This document shows positions 37,786 to 48,233 of a stretch of 64,000 bases of DNA, piece after piece (position 1 is the stretch's first letter; every line of letters starts with the position of its first letter). The translations under genes were made by a program, and so were the position numbers. The notes under the pieces are model-generated. The model had not been told where the DNA came from. It saw only the letters and a list, made by a program, of their open reading frames with translations, and searched no databases. This stretch comes from Candidatus Multivorans sp. (GTDB lineage: Bacteria > Acidobacteriota > Thermoanaerobaculia > Multivoradales > Multivoraceae), in contig OZ245033.1 of the NCBI GenBank assembly GCA_965224025.1, positions 4,064,001 through 4,128,000 of the forward strand, written 5' to 3'.

Positions 37786-39029
37786 AGGTGTACCGGTTCA
37801 TCGCGGTGCCGGTGCTCGCGGCGGCCGCGGCCCACGCCGGCGACTGGCCGCAGTTCCGGGGGCCGACCGGGCAGGGACACGCGCCCGGCGAGGCGGTTCC
37901 CCTGACCTGGAGCGAGACGGAGAACGTCACCTGGAAGACGGCGGTTCCCGGCCGGGGCTGGTCGTCGCCGGTGATCGCCGATGGCCTGGTCTGGCTTACG
38001 ACGGCGGTCACCGACCGCGACGCCGGCACGACTTCGCTGCGTCTCCTGGCCTACGATGTGAGCAGCGGCGATGCCGCGAGGGACGTCGAGGCGTTCGCCA
38101 TCTCCGACACCACGCTCCTGAACCAGAAGAACAGCTTCGCGTCGCCGACGCCGGTCATCGATCCGGACGCCGAGCGGGTTTACGCCCACTTCGGCGCCCA
38201 GGGCACCGCGGCCGTCGCCGCGGGCGGCGAGTCGGCCGGCGAGGTTCTCTGGCGAACCCGGTTTGCCTACACCTCGCAGCATGGGAACGGCGGTTCGCCG
38301 ATCCTGCACGAGGGGCTCCTCATCGTGAGCATCGACGGCTACGACACGGCCTTCCTGGTCGCCGTCGACGCGGCAACCGGCGAGGAGCGCTGGCGATCGG
38401 TTCGGCCGACGCCGATCTCGCAGGCCTACTCCACGCCGCTTGCGATCCAGGTCGGCGACGCCGAACAGATCGTCAACGTGAGCGCGTTCCGCACGACGGC
38501 TCACGAACCTGCCACCGGCCGCGAGATCTGGCGGGTCGAATACCCGGGGGGCTTCTCCAACGTTTCCCGTCCGGTCTACGGCCACGGGCTCGTCTATCTC
38601 TCGACCGGCTTCAACGAGCCGGTCCTGCTCGCCGTGCGGCCAACCGGCGAAGGCAACGTCACGGAGTCGGAGATCGCCTGGCGGCTCCGCCGCGGCGCCC
38701 CGCTCACGGTGTCGCCGATCCTCGTCGGCGACGAGTTGTACACGGTCACCGACACGGGCATCGCCACCTGTATCGATGCCCTGACGGGCGCCATCCACTG
38801 GCAGCATCGGCTCGGCGGCAACCACTCCGCCTCGCCGATCTTTGCCGGCGGCCGGATCTACTTTCAGAACGAAGAAGGGCTAACAACGGTCATCGCACCC
38901 GGCCCGGAATTCGAGCAGTTGGCGCGCAACGAACTCGACGGTTCGACTCTCGCCTCGATCGCGGTATCCGACGGCGCCTTCTTCGTTCGCACCGGCACGC
39001 ACCTGTACCGAATCGAGGAGTCGCCTTGA
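37782..39029 (+). CDS. Secreted PQQ-like beta-propeller protein
   Basis: Signal peptide, DWPQFRGP, PGRGWSSPV and repeated propeller-blade motifs. Confidence 0.85.
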   Translation: MKVYRFIAVPVLAAAAAHAGDWPQFRGPTGQGHAPGEAVPLTWSETENVTWKTAVPGRGWSSPVIADGLVWLTTAVTDRDAGTTSLRLLAYDVSSGDAARDVEAFAISDTTLLNQKNSFASPTPVIDPDAERVYAHFGAQGTAAVAAGGESAGEVLWRTRFAYTSQHGNGGSPILHEGLLIVSIDGYDTAFLVAVDAATGEERWRSVRPTPISQAYSTPLAIQVGDAEQIVNVSAFRTTAHEPATGREIWRVEYPGGFSNVSRPVYGHGLVYLSTGFNEPVLLAVRPTGEGNVTESEIAWRLRRGAPLTVSPILVGDELYTVTDTGIATCIDALTGAIHWQHRLGGNHSASPIFAGGRIYFQNEEGLTTVIAPGPEFEQLARNELDGSTLASIAVSDGAFFVRTGTHLYRIEESP

Positions 39030-39066
39030 GCGGCACGGAATTAGGCGTTGCTGTATACTGCGCTGT

Positions 39067-39312
39067 ATGTCGGCAACACGCACCCAGATCTACCTCCAGC
39101 CGCTACAGCGCCAGCGGCTCGACGAGATAGCCGGAGCGCGAGGCCTGAGTCTCGCCTCGGTGATCCGTGAAGCGGTGGACCTCTACCTCGCCAAGGCGCC
39201 CACTGACGCGACCGCCGCCCTCAAGAACACGTTCGGCGCCGCGCCCGACGCGCGGTTCCCTGCGCGCGACGAATGGGACTCTCGCGACGAGAGGCTCAAG
39301 CCCTTCGATTGA
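39067..39312 (+). CDS. Ribbon-helix-helix (CopG/VapB) antitoxin
   Basis: RTQIYL...SLASVIREAVD. TATACT (39054-39059) lies 7 nt before the ATG, suggesting a leaderless transcript. Confidence 0.8.
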   Translation: MSATRTQIYLQPLQRQRLDEIAGARGLSLASVIREAVDLYLAKAPTDATAALKNTFGAAPDARFPARDEWDSRDERLKPFD

Positions 39313-39315
39313 TCC

Positions 39316-39675
39316 GTGGCCAACTACGTCGTCGATTCCGATGTCTTCATCGATCATCTACGCGGATTCCGGGAGCTGAGGCCCGGACGGAACCGCCTCC
39401 ACTACTCCGTCGTCACGCGATGCGAGCTGTTCTCGGGCACGGTCGAAACCGAGCGGATTCAGAAACTGCTCGGCTCGTTCAGGGAACTGACGGTGGACCG
39501 GGCGGTGGCCGAAAGGGCCGGCCGGATCCGCCGCGAGGTCCGCATCGGAACGCCCGACGCCCTGATCGCCGCCACTGCCATCGAGCACCGGATGACTCTT
39601 GTGACCCGCAACCTGAGGCACTTCGAGGCCGTCAGGCAGTTGCGCATCAGACAACCAAGAGGGGGGGCCCCGTGA
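39316..39675 (+). CDS. vapC: PIN-domain VapC toxin
   Basis: VDSDVFID, CEL, DALIAATA and TRNLRHF. Confidence 0.88.
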   Translation: MANYVVDSDVFIDHLRGFRELRPGRNRLHYSVVTRCELFSGTVETERIQKLLGSFRELTVDRAVAERAGRIRREVRIGTPDALIAATAIEHRMTLVTRNLRHFEAVRQLRIRQPRGGAP

Positions 39676-41132
39676 CCGTGCTCCGGACTCCGAATCTCGT
39701 CAAAGCGACCGCGCTCGTCGTCGCCGTGTCTGTTCTCCCCGCTGTCGCGCCGCTTGCCGCGCAGACGGCCGACGCTGTCGGCCATTGGGAGGGTTCGATC
39801 GAGGTCCCCGGCCAGCCCTTGGTGGTCCAGGTCGACCTGGAGCAGACGGACGGCGCCTGGTCGGGGACGATCGACATTCCCGCCCAGGGCGCCGACGATC
39901 TTCCTCTCTCCGACGTGTCGGTCGACGGCGAGGCGGTTCAGTTCACGATCAGCGGCGTACCCAGAGAACCGACCTTCGAAGGCACTTTGGCCGGCGACGA
40001 AATCACCGGCGAGTTCCGCCAGGGGCCGGCCCGACTCCCGTTCAAGCTCGACCGCGAGGCGGTGGAGGTCGAAGCGCCGCCAAGACCGCAGGAGCCGAAG
40101 CCGCCCTTCCCCTACGACGCCGAGGAAGTCGAGTATGAGAACGGAAGCGTGACGATCGCCGGCACACTGACCCTGCCGCCCGGCGAGGGACAGGTCCCCG
40201 CCGCGCTGTTGATTTCGGGCAGCGGCGCCCTGAACCGCGATCTCGGACTCTTCGGCCACAAGAGTTTCCTGGTGCTCGCCGACCACCTGACGCGACTCGG
40301 CGTCGCGGTGCTCCGCGTCGACGACCGCGGCGTCGGCGGGTCGACCGGCAGCACGATGAACTCGACCTCGAGAAACAAAGCGGACGATGTTCTTGCCGGC
40401 GTGCGCTTCCTGCACGCCCACGATCGGATCGATCCGGCGAGGGTGGGCCTGATCGGCATCTCCGAGGGAGCCCTGGTCGCGCCGCTGGCGCTCAACCGGG
40501 TCGATCCGGGCGCCATCGCGTTCGCCGTTCTGCTGGCCGGCCCGGGCGTTCCCGGCGGCGACCTGTTGCGCCAGCAACTCCGGCGCGTCGCCGCAGCCAA
40601 CGGCGCCACGGCCGAGATGATCGAGGAAGCGGCGGCGCTGCAGAGCCGGGCGCTCGATATCATTGGCTCGGGGATGGCCGCCGCGGAGGCCGAGGCGGCG
40701 CTGCGGGAGGTCGTCGTCGAGCAGTTGGCCGCTTCGCCCGAGACGGCGCAACTCAGCGGCGAGGCTCTGGAATCCGCCGTGTCGGCCGCCGTCGAGTCCA
40801 ACCTTACTCCCTGGTTCCGGTTCTTCATCCGCTACGACCCGCAGCCGGCTCTCGGCGGCCTCGCCGTGCCCACGCTGGCTCTATTCGGCGGCAAGGACAC
40901 GCAGGTGGACGCCGATCAGAACCAGTCCGCCATGGAGGCCGCGTTCGCCGCCTCCGCGAACGGAGACATCACGGTGCGACGCTTCCCCGACATGAATCAC
41001 CTGTTCCAGACTGCCGGAACCGGCTCGCCGGCCGAGTACGGGATGATCGAGGAGACGATGGCGCCCGAAGCGCTCTCGACGATCAGCGGCTGGATTCTGG
41101 AACGCTTCGGCGACCAGGAGCCTGCGCCCTAG
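39672..41132 (+). CDS. Secreted alpha/beta hydrolase
   Basis: Signal peptide, RPQEPKPPFPY, DDRGVGGS, GISEG, GKDTQV and NHLFQ. Confidence 0.85.
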   Translation: MTVLRTPNLVKATALVVAVSVLPAVAPLAAQTADAVGHWEGSIEVPGQPLVVQVDLEQTDGAWSGTIDIPAQGADDLPLSDVSVDGEAVQFTISGVPREPTFEGTLAGDEITGEFRQGPARLPFKLDREAVEVEAPPRPQEPKPPFPYDAEEVEYENGSVTIAGTLTLPPGEGQVPAALLISGSGALNRDLGLFGHKSFLVLADHLTRLGVAVLRVDDRGVGGSTGSTMNSTSRNKADDVLAGVRFLHAHDRIDPARVGLIGISEGALVAPLALNRVDPGAIAFAVLLAGPGVPGGDLLRQQLRRVAAANGATAEMIEEAAALQSRALDIIGSGMAAAEAEAALREVVVEQLAASPETAQLSGEALESAVSAAVESNLTPWFRFFIRYDPQPALGGLAVPTLALFGGKDTQVDADQNQSAMEAAFAASANGDITVRRFPDMNHLFQTAGTGSPAEYGMIEETMAPEALSTISGWILERFGDQEPAP

Positions 41133-41310
41133 AACACAGCGAAGCAAGTTCTGCGACGCAGGGTGCTGGTGAGGTGGGGGCTGGGCCAAACACGGAGTCT
41201 GCGACGGGTTTGGCGGCGCTGATCGGCCCCCGCGCCTCCCTTCGACTAGACTCCCCGACCGTCGGCCAAGCGCTCCGCGGCCCACTTGCGACGAGGAGAG
41301 ACAGCCGCCA

Positions 41311-41634
41311 ATGCCCAAGATCACGTACATAGCCCAGGACGGCAGTTCGCGCGTCGTCGAAGCGCTGGTCGGGGGCACCGTGATGGAGAGTGCGCTCGAC
41401 AATGACGTGGACGGCATCGTCGCCGCGTGCGGCGGTTCCTGCTCCTGCAGCACCTGCCATGTCTACATCGACGAGTCCTGGATCGAGGCCGTTGGTCCTC
41501 GCCATGTTGACGAGGACTTCGTCCTCGAGCAGGGCATCGACGTGCGTGCCAACAGCCGTCTGAGCTGCCAGATCGACGTGACCGAAGCCCTCGACGGCCT
41601 GGTCGTCCACTTGCCCGCCGAACAGGCCGACTAG
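41311..41634 (+). CDS. 2Fe-2S ferredoxin (adrenodoxin/putidaredoxin type)
   Basis: CGGSCSCSTCHVY...SRLSCQ. Confidence 0.92.
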   Translation: MPKITYIAQDGSSRVVEALVGGTVMESALDNDVDGIVAACGGSCSCSTCHVYIDESWIEAVGPRHVDEDFVLEQGIDVRANSRLSCQIDVTEALDGLVVHLPAEQAD

Positions 41635-41689
41635 AGGTCGCTTTCGCCGCGGGTCCTCCATTTCCGCCATCCCAAGGAGACAGCACGCC

Positions 41690-42358
41690 ATGACCTTCGA
41701 GCTCACCTTCCTCGGCCATTCCGGTTTCCTGTTCCGCTCCGGCGAGCACGCGCTTGCCGTCGACCCCTTCCTCACCGGCAATCCAGTGGCCACGATGGCA
41801 GCCGGGGATGTCGAGTGCGGCCATATCGCCCTCACCCACGGCCACTCCGACCACTTCGGCGACACGCTGGCCATCGCGCAGGCCAACGGCGCCAACGTGA
41901 TCGCCGCGTTCGAGATGTGCAACTACCTGCAGGAGCTGGGCCACGACAACGTGAATCCGGGCAATCCGGGAGGCCGCATCGACACCAAGTTCGGCTGGGT
42001 CGCGTTCACGCACGCCTTCCACTCGTCCTCGTACGAGGGCCGGTACATGGGCATGCCCTGCGGCCTCGTCGTGAACATGGGCGGCAAGACGGTCTACCAC
42101 TGCGGCGACACCGGCCTGTTCGGCGACATGAAGCTGATCGGCGAGATCTACCGGCCCGACGCCGCCTGCGTCCCGATCGGCGACCGCTTCACGATGGGTC
42201 CGGAGCTCGCTACTCGGGCCGCCGAGATGATCGGAGCGCCGGTCGCGATTCCGATCCACTACGGCACCTGGCCGCCCATCGCCCAGGATCCCACCGACTT
42301 CGCGCCCGCCGGCGTCGAAGTCAAGGTGATGGCGCCGGGCGATACGCTAGCGATCTGA
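41690..42358 (+). CDS. Metal-dependent hydrolase (UPF0173, MBL fold)
   Basis: DPFLTGNP, THGHSDHFGD, YHCGDT and PIHY. Confidence 0.88.
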   Translation: MTFELTFLGHSGFLFRSGEHALAVDPFLTGNPVATMAAGDVECGHIALTHGHSDHFGDTLAIAQANGANVIAAFEMCNYLQELGHDNVNPGNPGGRIDTKFGWVAFTHAFHSSSYEGRYMGMPCGLVVNMGGKTVYHCGDTGLFGDMKLIGEIYRPDAACVPIGDRFTMGPELATRAAEMIGAPVAIPIHYGTWPPIAQDPTDFAPAGVEVKVMAPGDTLAI

Positions 42359-42444
42359 CGACGCGCTCCCGCTTCTGCGCCGCGGGCGTGATCCAGCCGC
42401 AACAAGCGCCGCACCGTTCCGTAACAGGAATACAGCAGCCACCC

Positions 42445-43299
42445 ATGCTTCTGTTCGACCATGTCAGCAAGTGCTTCGGCGACCTGCGCGCGGTCAACGA
42501 CCTGTCGTTCGAGCTCGAGGCCGGCGAGGTCTTCGGGCTGCTGGGGCCGAACGGCGCCGGCAAGACGACCGCGATCAACATGGCGGTCGGCCTGCTCGAG
42601 CCGGACGAAGGCGTGGTCCGCTTCCTCGGCTCGACGATCGACCTGGACCCCACCGAGGCGGACAACCGTCGGGCGCTGGGGTTGGCGCCGCAGTCGATCG
42701 CTCTCTACGAAGAGATCAGCGGCGCCGACAACCTGCGCTTCTTCGGCCGGTTGCACGGCCTCAGGGGATCCGACCTGGAAGCGCGCGTCGCCGCCTGTCT
42801 CGACTTCGCCGATCTGACGGACGTCGGGAAGAAAGCAGTCTCCAAGTACTCCGGCGGCATGAAGCGCCGCCTGAACCTGGCGGTCGCCATCATCCACGAT
42901 CCAGACCTGGTGTTGCTCGACGAGCCCACCGTCGGCGTCGACCCCCAATCGAGAAACGCAATCTTCGATCGGGTCGAGCAGCTTCGTGACGACGGCAAGC
43001 AGGTCGTATACACGACTCACTACATGGAAGAGGCGCAGCGCCTATGCGACCGGGTCGCGATCATCGATCGCGGCCGGCTGATGGCGCTCGACGCGGTGCC
43101 GGCCCTGATCGAGGCGCACGGCGGACCGGGCAAACTGGTGGTTCACACCGCCGACGGGGAGACCAGCTTCGAGACGACCGATCCGCTTGGAACGCTCGCC
43201 GAACTCCAGGAGCGGCAAGCGGTCGAGCACTTCCAGTACCGCCCGCCGGACCTCGAGACGGTGTTCTTGAACCTCACTGGCCGCGCCCTGCGGGACTAG
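42445..43299 (+). CDS. ABC-2 exporter ATP-binding protein
   Basis: GPNGAGKT, YSGGMKRR, LLDEP and TTHY. Confidence 0.92.
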   Translation: MLLFDHVSKCFGDLRAVNDLSFELEAGEVFGLLGPNGAGKTTAINMAVGLLEPDEGVVRFLGSTIDLDPTEADNRRALGLAPQSIALYEEISGADNLRFFGRLHGLRGSDLEARVAACLDFADLTDVGKKAVSKYSGGMKRRLNLAVAIIHDPDLVLLDEPTVGVDPQSRNAIFDRVEQLRDDGKQVVYTTHYMEEAQRLCDRVAIIDRGRLMALDAVPALIEAHGGPGKLVVHTADGETSFETTDPLGTLAELQERQAVEHFQYRPPDLETVFLNLTGRALRD

Positions 43300-43321
43300 G
43301 CCCAAGCGCCGGGAGAACGCC

Positions 43322-44605
43322 GTGAGAACTATCGTCGCCATGGCCGCGAAGGACATCAAGATCCTCTTCCGGGACAAGCTGGGCTTCTTCTTCATGGTCT
43401 TCTTCCCGTTGATGATGGCGATCTTCTTCGGCGCCATGTTTGCCAACCTGAGCCGCGGGCCGGCGAGCATTCCGGTCGCGCTCGTCGACGAGGACCGGAC
43501 CTCCGGTTCGGAACGCTTCGTCACCCGGCTCGAAGGCGCCAGCGGGCTCGATCTGGAGCAGATTCCACGCGAGCAGGCCCTCAACCAGGTTCGTCGCGGC
43601 CAAACCGCCGTCATGGTCACCCTGAGTCCCGGGTTCGGGGCCGCGCTGGACAACCCATTCCAGACGACTCCCCAGGTCGAACTCACCGTCGATCCCACGC
43701 AGTTCGCCGCTGCCGGGATGCTCCGCGGCATCCTGCTCGAGGCCGCAGGAGCGGAGTTGCAGGCGCTGATGAGCGACCCTACGCGCATCCAGACAGCCAA
43801 CGAACAGAACAGCCGCCTTATCCAGCAGTTCTCGCCCCCTTCGCCCGCGCGCGACGACTTCCTGACCTTCATCAACCTCTCGTCCCGCGTGCCGTCGCTG
43901 ATCGAACAACTCGGTCTGGACGGCGCCACGACCGACGCCGTCACCGGTGCGTTCGGCCCCCCTCTCGAGGTCGAACAGACCCAAGTCCAGGCGGAGCAAC
44001 GCGGCCCAACCAACTCCTACGCCACGTCCTTCGCGCAGGCAATGCTCTGGACGCTGATCGGCGGATCCGTGTCCTTCAGCATGTCGATCGCGATCGAACG
44101 CAGTCGCGGCACGCTGATGCGCCTGCTCGTGTCCCCGATCACCAACCGTCACCTGCTGGCGGCGAAGGGCCTGGCCTGCCTGGCCACGATCCTGACGACC
44201 AGCACCGCCATGATCACGCTCGGGATCACCGTGTTCGGGGTGAAACCCACCTCCTATCCCTTGCTGGCTCTGGCGCTTCTGTGCGGTTCGATCTGCTTTT
44301 GCGGCATCATGATGGCCTTGAGCGTGATCGGTCGCACGGAACAGGTGGCGGCCGGAGTCGGTTGGGGTCTTTCGCTCCCGCTGTCCATGCTCGGCGGCGG
44401 CATGGTTCCCCTGTTCCTGATGCCCGAGTGGATGCAGCGCCTCGGCAGCGTCAGCCCGATGAAGTGGGCGTTGGTAGCGTATGAGGGCGCGATCTGGCGC
44501 GGCTTCACCATGAACGAGATGCTGCTGCCCTGCACGGTGCTGGTGGTCATCGGAGTCGTCGCCTTCACCATCGGCGCCAGGTACCTGCGCTGGGAGACCG
44601 GCTGA
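43322..44605 (+). CDS. ABC-2 exporter permease
   Basis: N-terminal TM helix, periplasmic loop, ERSRGTLMRL and five C-terminal TM helices. Confidence 0.88.
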   Translation: MRTIVAMAAKDIKILFRDKLGFFFMVFFPLMMAIFFGAMFANLSRGPASIPVALVDEDRTSGSERFVTRLEGASGLDLEQIPREQALNQVRRGQTAVMVTLSPGFGAALDNPFQTTPQVELTVDPTQFAAAGMLRGILLEAAGAELQALMSDPTRIQTANEQNSRLIQQFSPPSPARDDFLTFINLSSRVPSLIEQLGLDGATTDAVTGAFGPPLEVEQTQVQAEQRGPTNSYATSFAQAMLWTLIGGSVSFSMSIAIERSRGTLMRLLVSPITNRHLLAAKGLACLATILTTSTAMITLGITVFGVKPTSYPLLALALLCGSICFCGIMMALSVIGRTEQVAAGVGWGLSLPLSMLGGGMVPLFLMPEWMQRLGSVSPMKWALVAYEGAIWRGFTMNEMLLPCTVLVVIGVVAFTIGARYLRWETG

Positions 44606-44609
44606 GCCC

Positions 44610-45533
44610 TTGACCGCACCCCTGCTCGTTATCGGCTCGGTCAACTACGACCTGATCTTCCGGCATCCGCGGCTGCCCCGGCAGGGCGAGACGATCGCGG
44701 GCGCGGAGCTCTTCGAATCCTGCGGCGGCAAGGGGGCGAACCAGGCGATCGCCGCCGTCCGCAGCCGCGGAGCACTCGGCGAGGCGGCGAGCCCCGTCTC
44801 GTTCGTTGGCGCCGTCGGCGACGACGCCAACGGCGGCGCCCAACGCTCGGTGTTCGCCGAGGATGACCTCGACACCCAACACCTGCTGGTCCTCGACGAC
44901 ATCCACACCGGCCTGTCCGCGGTCTGGGTCGAGGCCGGCAGCGGCGACAACCGGATCATGAACTCGCCGGGGGCCAACACCCTGTTGACTGCCGAGGCCC
45001 TGGCCGCAGTCCCGATCGAAGAGGCAGGGCTGCTCCTGCTCCAGAACGAGACGCCAGCCGACGGCGTCCGCAGCGCCGTCAAGCGAGCCGCCCGCGCCGG
45101 CGTGCCGGTGATCTGGAACCCGGCGCCCATCGACGAGCGGAACGACCCCGGTCTCGACCTGGGCCAGATCGCCTGGGTGACACCCAACGAGGTCGAATGC
45201 GCGGTGCTTCTCGGCCGGGCGGGCGAGCGGATCGATGCCCGCAGCGCCGCCGATGCCGCCGCGGAGCTGCTGGCGATGGGCTACGGCGGCGCTGCTCTGA
45301 CCCTGGGCGCCGCCGGCGTGATGTTGGCGGAACCGGGAACGGCCCCGACTTTGATTGCTGCGCCGGAAGTCGAGGCCGTCGACACGACCGGCGCCGGCGA
45401 CGCCTTCAACGGCGCGTTTGCCGCGGCCCTGCTGGTGTCTTCCGACAGCCGCAAGGCCGTGGATTTCGGTGTCCGCTACGCGAGCGACTCGGTGACCCGG
45501 CACGGGACCCAAACCTCCTTCGCGCGCTGGTAG
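44610..45533 (+). CDS. Ribokinase-like PfkB sugar kinase
   Basis: GGKGANQA, PNEVE and DTTGAGDAF. Confidence 0.88.
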   Translation: MTAPLLVIGSVNYDLIFRHPRLPRQGETIAGAELFESCGGKGANQAIAAVRSRGALGEAASPVSFVGAVGDDANGGAQRSVFAEDDLDTQHLLVLDDIHTGLSAVWVEAGSGDNRIMNSPGANTLLTAEALAAVPIEEAGLLLLQNETPADGVRSAVKRAARAGVPVIWNPAPIDERNDPGLDLGQIAWVTPNEVECAVLLGRAGERIDARSAADAAAELLAMGYGGAALTLGAAGVMLAEPGTAPTLIAAPEVEAVDTTGAGDAFNGAFAAALLVSSDSRKAVDFGVRYASDSVTRHGTQTSFARW

Positions 45534-45542
45534 CGTCACGCG

Positions 45543-46838
45543 GTGGTCAGCCGCTCCGCCGCCGAACTCGCCCTGCTGGGGGGCACTCCCGTCCGCAGCA
45601 AGCCGTGGCCCCAGTGGCCAGGACGCGGGCCGGAAGAGGAACGCGCCGTCATCGCCGCAATCCGCGAAGGCGACTGGGGCGGCTTCCCGCTTCCCAACGA
45701 TCGCGCCGAAGCCTTCGGCCGGGCGTTCGCCGATCGCCACGACTGCGCTCATGCCCTGTGCGTCGCGAACGGCACGGTTTCCCTCGAAGTAGCGCTCCAG
45801 GCGATGGGCGTCGAGCCCGGCGCCGAGGTCATCGTGCCCGCCTACACCTTCGAAGCGACCGCCTCGGCGGCCCTGTTCGCCGGCTGCGCGCCCGTGTTCG
45901 CCGACATCGACCCGAACAGCTACTGCATTGACGTCAGCGCGGCGGAGGCCCTGATCACGGAGCGCACGCAGGCGATCGTGCCGGTCCACCTGGCGATGAC
46001 CGTCGCCGATCTGGGCTCGATAGGAGCGCTCGCCGAGAAGCACGGACTCGCCGTTCTCGAAGACTGCGCCCACGCCCATGGCGCCCGCTGGCGGGGCCGC
46101 GGCGTCGGTTCCTGGGGCGACGCGGGGTCGTTCAGCTTCCAGAGTTCGAAGCTGATGACCGCGGGTGAAGGCGGCATCGTGACGACTTCCGATGATGCGG
46201 TCCTGGACCGTCTGCACGCCCTGGTGAACTGCGGCCGGCAGCGACCGGGGGCTGCAGCGACCGCCGCCGTGATCGGGCACAACTACCGGATGACCGACGT
46301 TCAGGCCGCAATCCTCGATGTTCAGCTCCGACGGCTCGACCGCCAGCACGAGATCCGGACGGCCAATGCCGAGCGCCTACGAGCGGCCATCGACGAGATC
46401 CCGGGGCTCACGAACCTGCGGATCGATCAGCGCGTCACCACCCAGGCCATCTACCAGTTCGTCTTCCGGTTCGACGGCGGCGCGTTCGCCGGCATCGATC
46501 GAGACGTCTTCGTCGCCGCGCTCGAGGCCGAGGGCGTACCGGCCGACGGCCGCTTCTATGAGGCGTTGCCCAGGAGCGAGCTCCTCCGGCCCGACGCGGC
46601 CCGCTACCCGGCGTGGAGCGCGGCCCTCGCCCGAACGCCGCCCGCGGATTGCCCGAACGCCGTGCGCGCCGCCTACCGGGAGTCCGTCTGGCTACCCCAC
46701 CAGCTCCTGCTGGGGAATGCCGACGATGTCGACGACATCGTCGAGGCGGTGCTCAAGGTGCAGAACGGCGCCGCCGGTCTGGCCGGTGTCGAGGCGGCCG
46801 AGATCGAGCGGCGCCGGCAGGCAAGATCGGCGCGGTAG
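45543..46838 (+). CDS. DegT/DnrJ/EryC1/StrS PLP aminotransferase
   Basis: NGTVSL, EDCAHAHG, SFQSSKLMTAGEGG and NYRM. Confidence 0.9.
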   Translation: MVSRSAAELALLGGTPVRSKPWPQWPGRGPEEERAVIAAIREGDWGGFPLPNDRAEAFGRAFADRHDCAHALCVANGTVSLEVALQAMGVEPGAEVIVPAYTFEATASAALFAGCAPVFADIDPNSYCIDVSAAEALITERTQAIVPVHLAMTVADLGSIGALAEKHGLAVLEDCAHAHGARWRGRGVGSWGDAGSFSFQSSKLMTAGEGGIVTTSDDAVLDRLHALVNCGRQRPGAAATAAVIGHNYRMTDVQAAILDVQLRRLDRQHEIRTANAERLRAAIDEIPGLTNLRIDQRVTTQAIYQFVFRFDGGAFAGIDRDVFVAALEAEGVPADGRFYEALPRSELLRPDAARYPAWSAALARTPPADCPNAVRAAYRESVWLPHQLLLGNADDVDDIVEAVLKVQNGAAGLAGVEAAEIERRRQARSAR

Positions 46839-46962
46839 GCCGCTTCGCCGCAGCGCTATGCCGGCGAGCCGCCCGCGTCCCCGGGGATCACGGATGCCGG
46901 CCAGGAGGCCGGCGCACGCAGCAGGGCGCGATCCGACCTCAACCCAGGCCGGCGATGGCTCG

Positions 46963-48231
46963 TTACGCCCAGATCAGCGTGCCGGTGCTCTGCCCGAACG
47001 CGTCCGTCTCGACGCCGATGCCCTGCAGCATGGTCACGTACAGGTTGCACAGCGGCGCGTTGTGCTTGCCTTCGTGGACGATGTGCCGGCCGTGGCTGAA
47101 GCCGCCGCCGGCGACGAGGATCGGCAGGTCCTTCGGCTCGTGCGAGTTCGCGTTGCCCAGGTTGCTGCCGAACAGGACCGTTGTCTGGTCGAGGAGCGAA
47201 CCGTTGCCGTCGCTGCGCTCGCCGAGGTCGGTCAACAGGTCGGAGAAGCCCTCGACGATCCCGGTCTCGATCTTCTTGAGCTGTGCGATCTTCGCCGGGT
47301 CCTGGCCGTGATGCGACAGGCTGTGCTGGTCGAAGTTCACGCCCGGAACGTCGATCACGACGCCGTGATCCTGGATCATCAGGCTGATGACCCGGGACGA
47401 GTCGGTCTCGAGGATCAGCGGGATCATCCGGAACATGAGCTTGACGCGGCCGATCAGGTCGGAGCGGGAGGGAATGTCGGTGGGCGCCTGCGCATCCACC
47501 ACCGGCTTCGGCTTCTGCCGCCACGCCTGGACCTCGGCGAGGTCCAGTTCGGCTGTGCGCACCGCGTTGTAGTACGCGTCCAGTTTCGTCTGATCGGCCA
47601 GACTCACCCGCCGGCGCAGCGACGCGGTCTGCGACTTGAGCCGGTCCAGGATGCTGCCGCCATCGTTCAGGCTCTGCTTCTCGCGCTGGACTTCCTCGGG
47701 CGTGCCCTGCAGGAACAACTGGCGGAACAGGTTCTCCGGGCTGGTCTCCGCCGGCACCATGGCGCCGCTGCTGGTGTACGACTGGCTCTGTTGCGCCGCC
47801 GTGCCGAGCACGACCGACGGGAAACGGGTGGTGTAGCCCAGATGACTTGCCGCCACCTGGTCCATCGAGATCGTGTTGCGGAACCCGTCGAGGCCGGGGC
47901 GGCGAGCCGCGGTCAGGAACGTGACCTCCGAGTTGTGCGGCTGCCGTCCCGTCTGGTCCTCGTGCGAGAAGCCCGTAAACAGAGTGAAGTTCGAGCGGTG
48001 CTTCTCGAGCAGCGACAGGTACTCCGTCGTCTCGTAGCCGTCTCCGGCGGTCTTGGGGAACCAGGCCTCGCGGTACAGACCGAGGGTGTTGCAGATGTTG
48101 ACCATCCGCCGCGGCCCGGTGGCCGCGGCATGGGCCAGCCTCGGGGTCATCGACTCGAGCATGGGCAAGGCGAGAGCCACGCCCGAGGCGCGCAGGAAGG
48201 TGCGGCGGTCCAGAGGTCGGGTCAGGTTCAT
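46963..48231 (-). CDS. DUF1552 protein with Tat-like signal
   Basis: DRRTFLRASGVALALPMLESM, ISMDQ, HSLSHH, SLLDQT and ANSH. Confidence 0.85.
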   Translation of the reverse strand: MNLTRPLDRRTFLRASGVALALPMLESMTPRLAHAAATGPRRMVNICNTLGLYREAWFPKTAGDGYETTEYLSLLEKHRSNFTLFTGFSHEDQTGRQPHNSEVTFLTAARRPGLDGFRNTISMDQVAASHLGYTTRFPSVVLGTAAQQSQSYTSSGAMVPAETSPENLFRQLFLQGTPEEVQREKQSLNDGGSILDRLKSQTASLRRRVSLADQTKLDAYYNAVRTAELDLAEVQAWRQKPKPVVDAQAPTDIPSRSDLIGRVKLMFRMIPLILETDSSRVISLMIQDHGVVIDVPGVNFDQHSLSHHGQDPAKIAQLKKIETGIVEGFSDLLTDLGERSDGNGSLLDQTTVLFGSNLGNANSHEPKDLPILVAGGGFSHGRHIVHEGKHNAPLCNLYVTMLQGIGVETDAFGQSTGTLIWA

Positions 48232-48233
48232 CG

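Noticed and set aside
37539-39029. 496-aa ATPase-propeller fusion
   Set aside because: The deleted ATPase N-terminus is in frame by chance. The propeller has its own GTG and signal peptide at 37782.
41133-41310. Structured element upstream of the ferredoxin (GCCAAAC/GTTTGGC stem, repeated TGCGACG)
   Set aside because: The stems are short and plausible by chance at this GC content, with no supporting covariation or copies.
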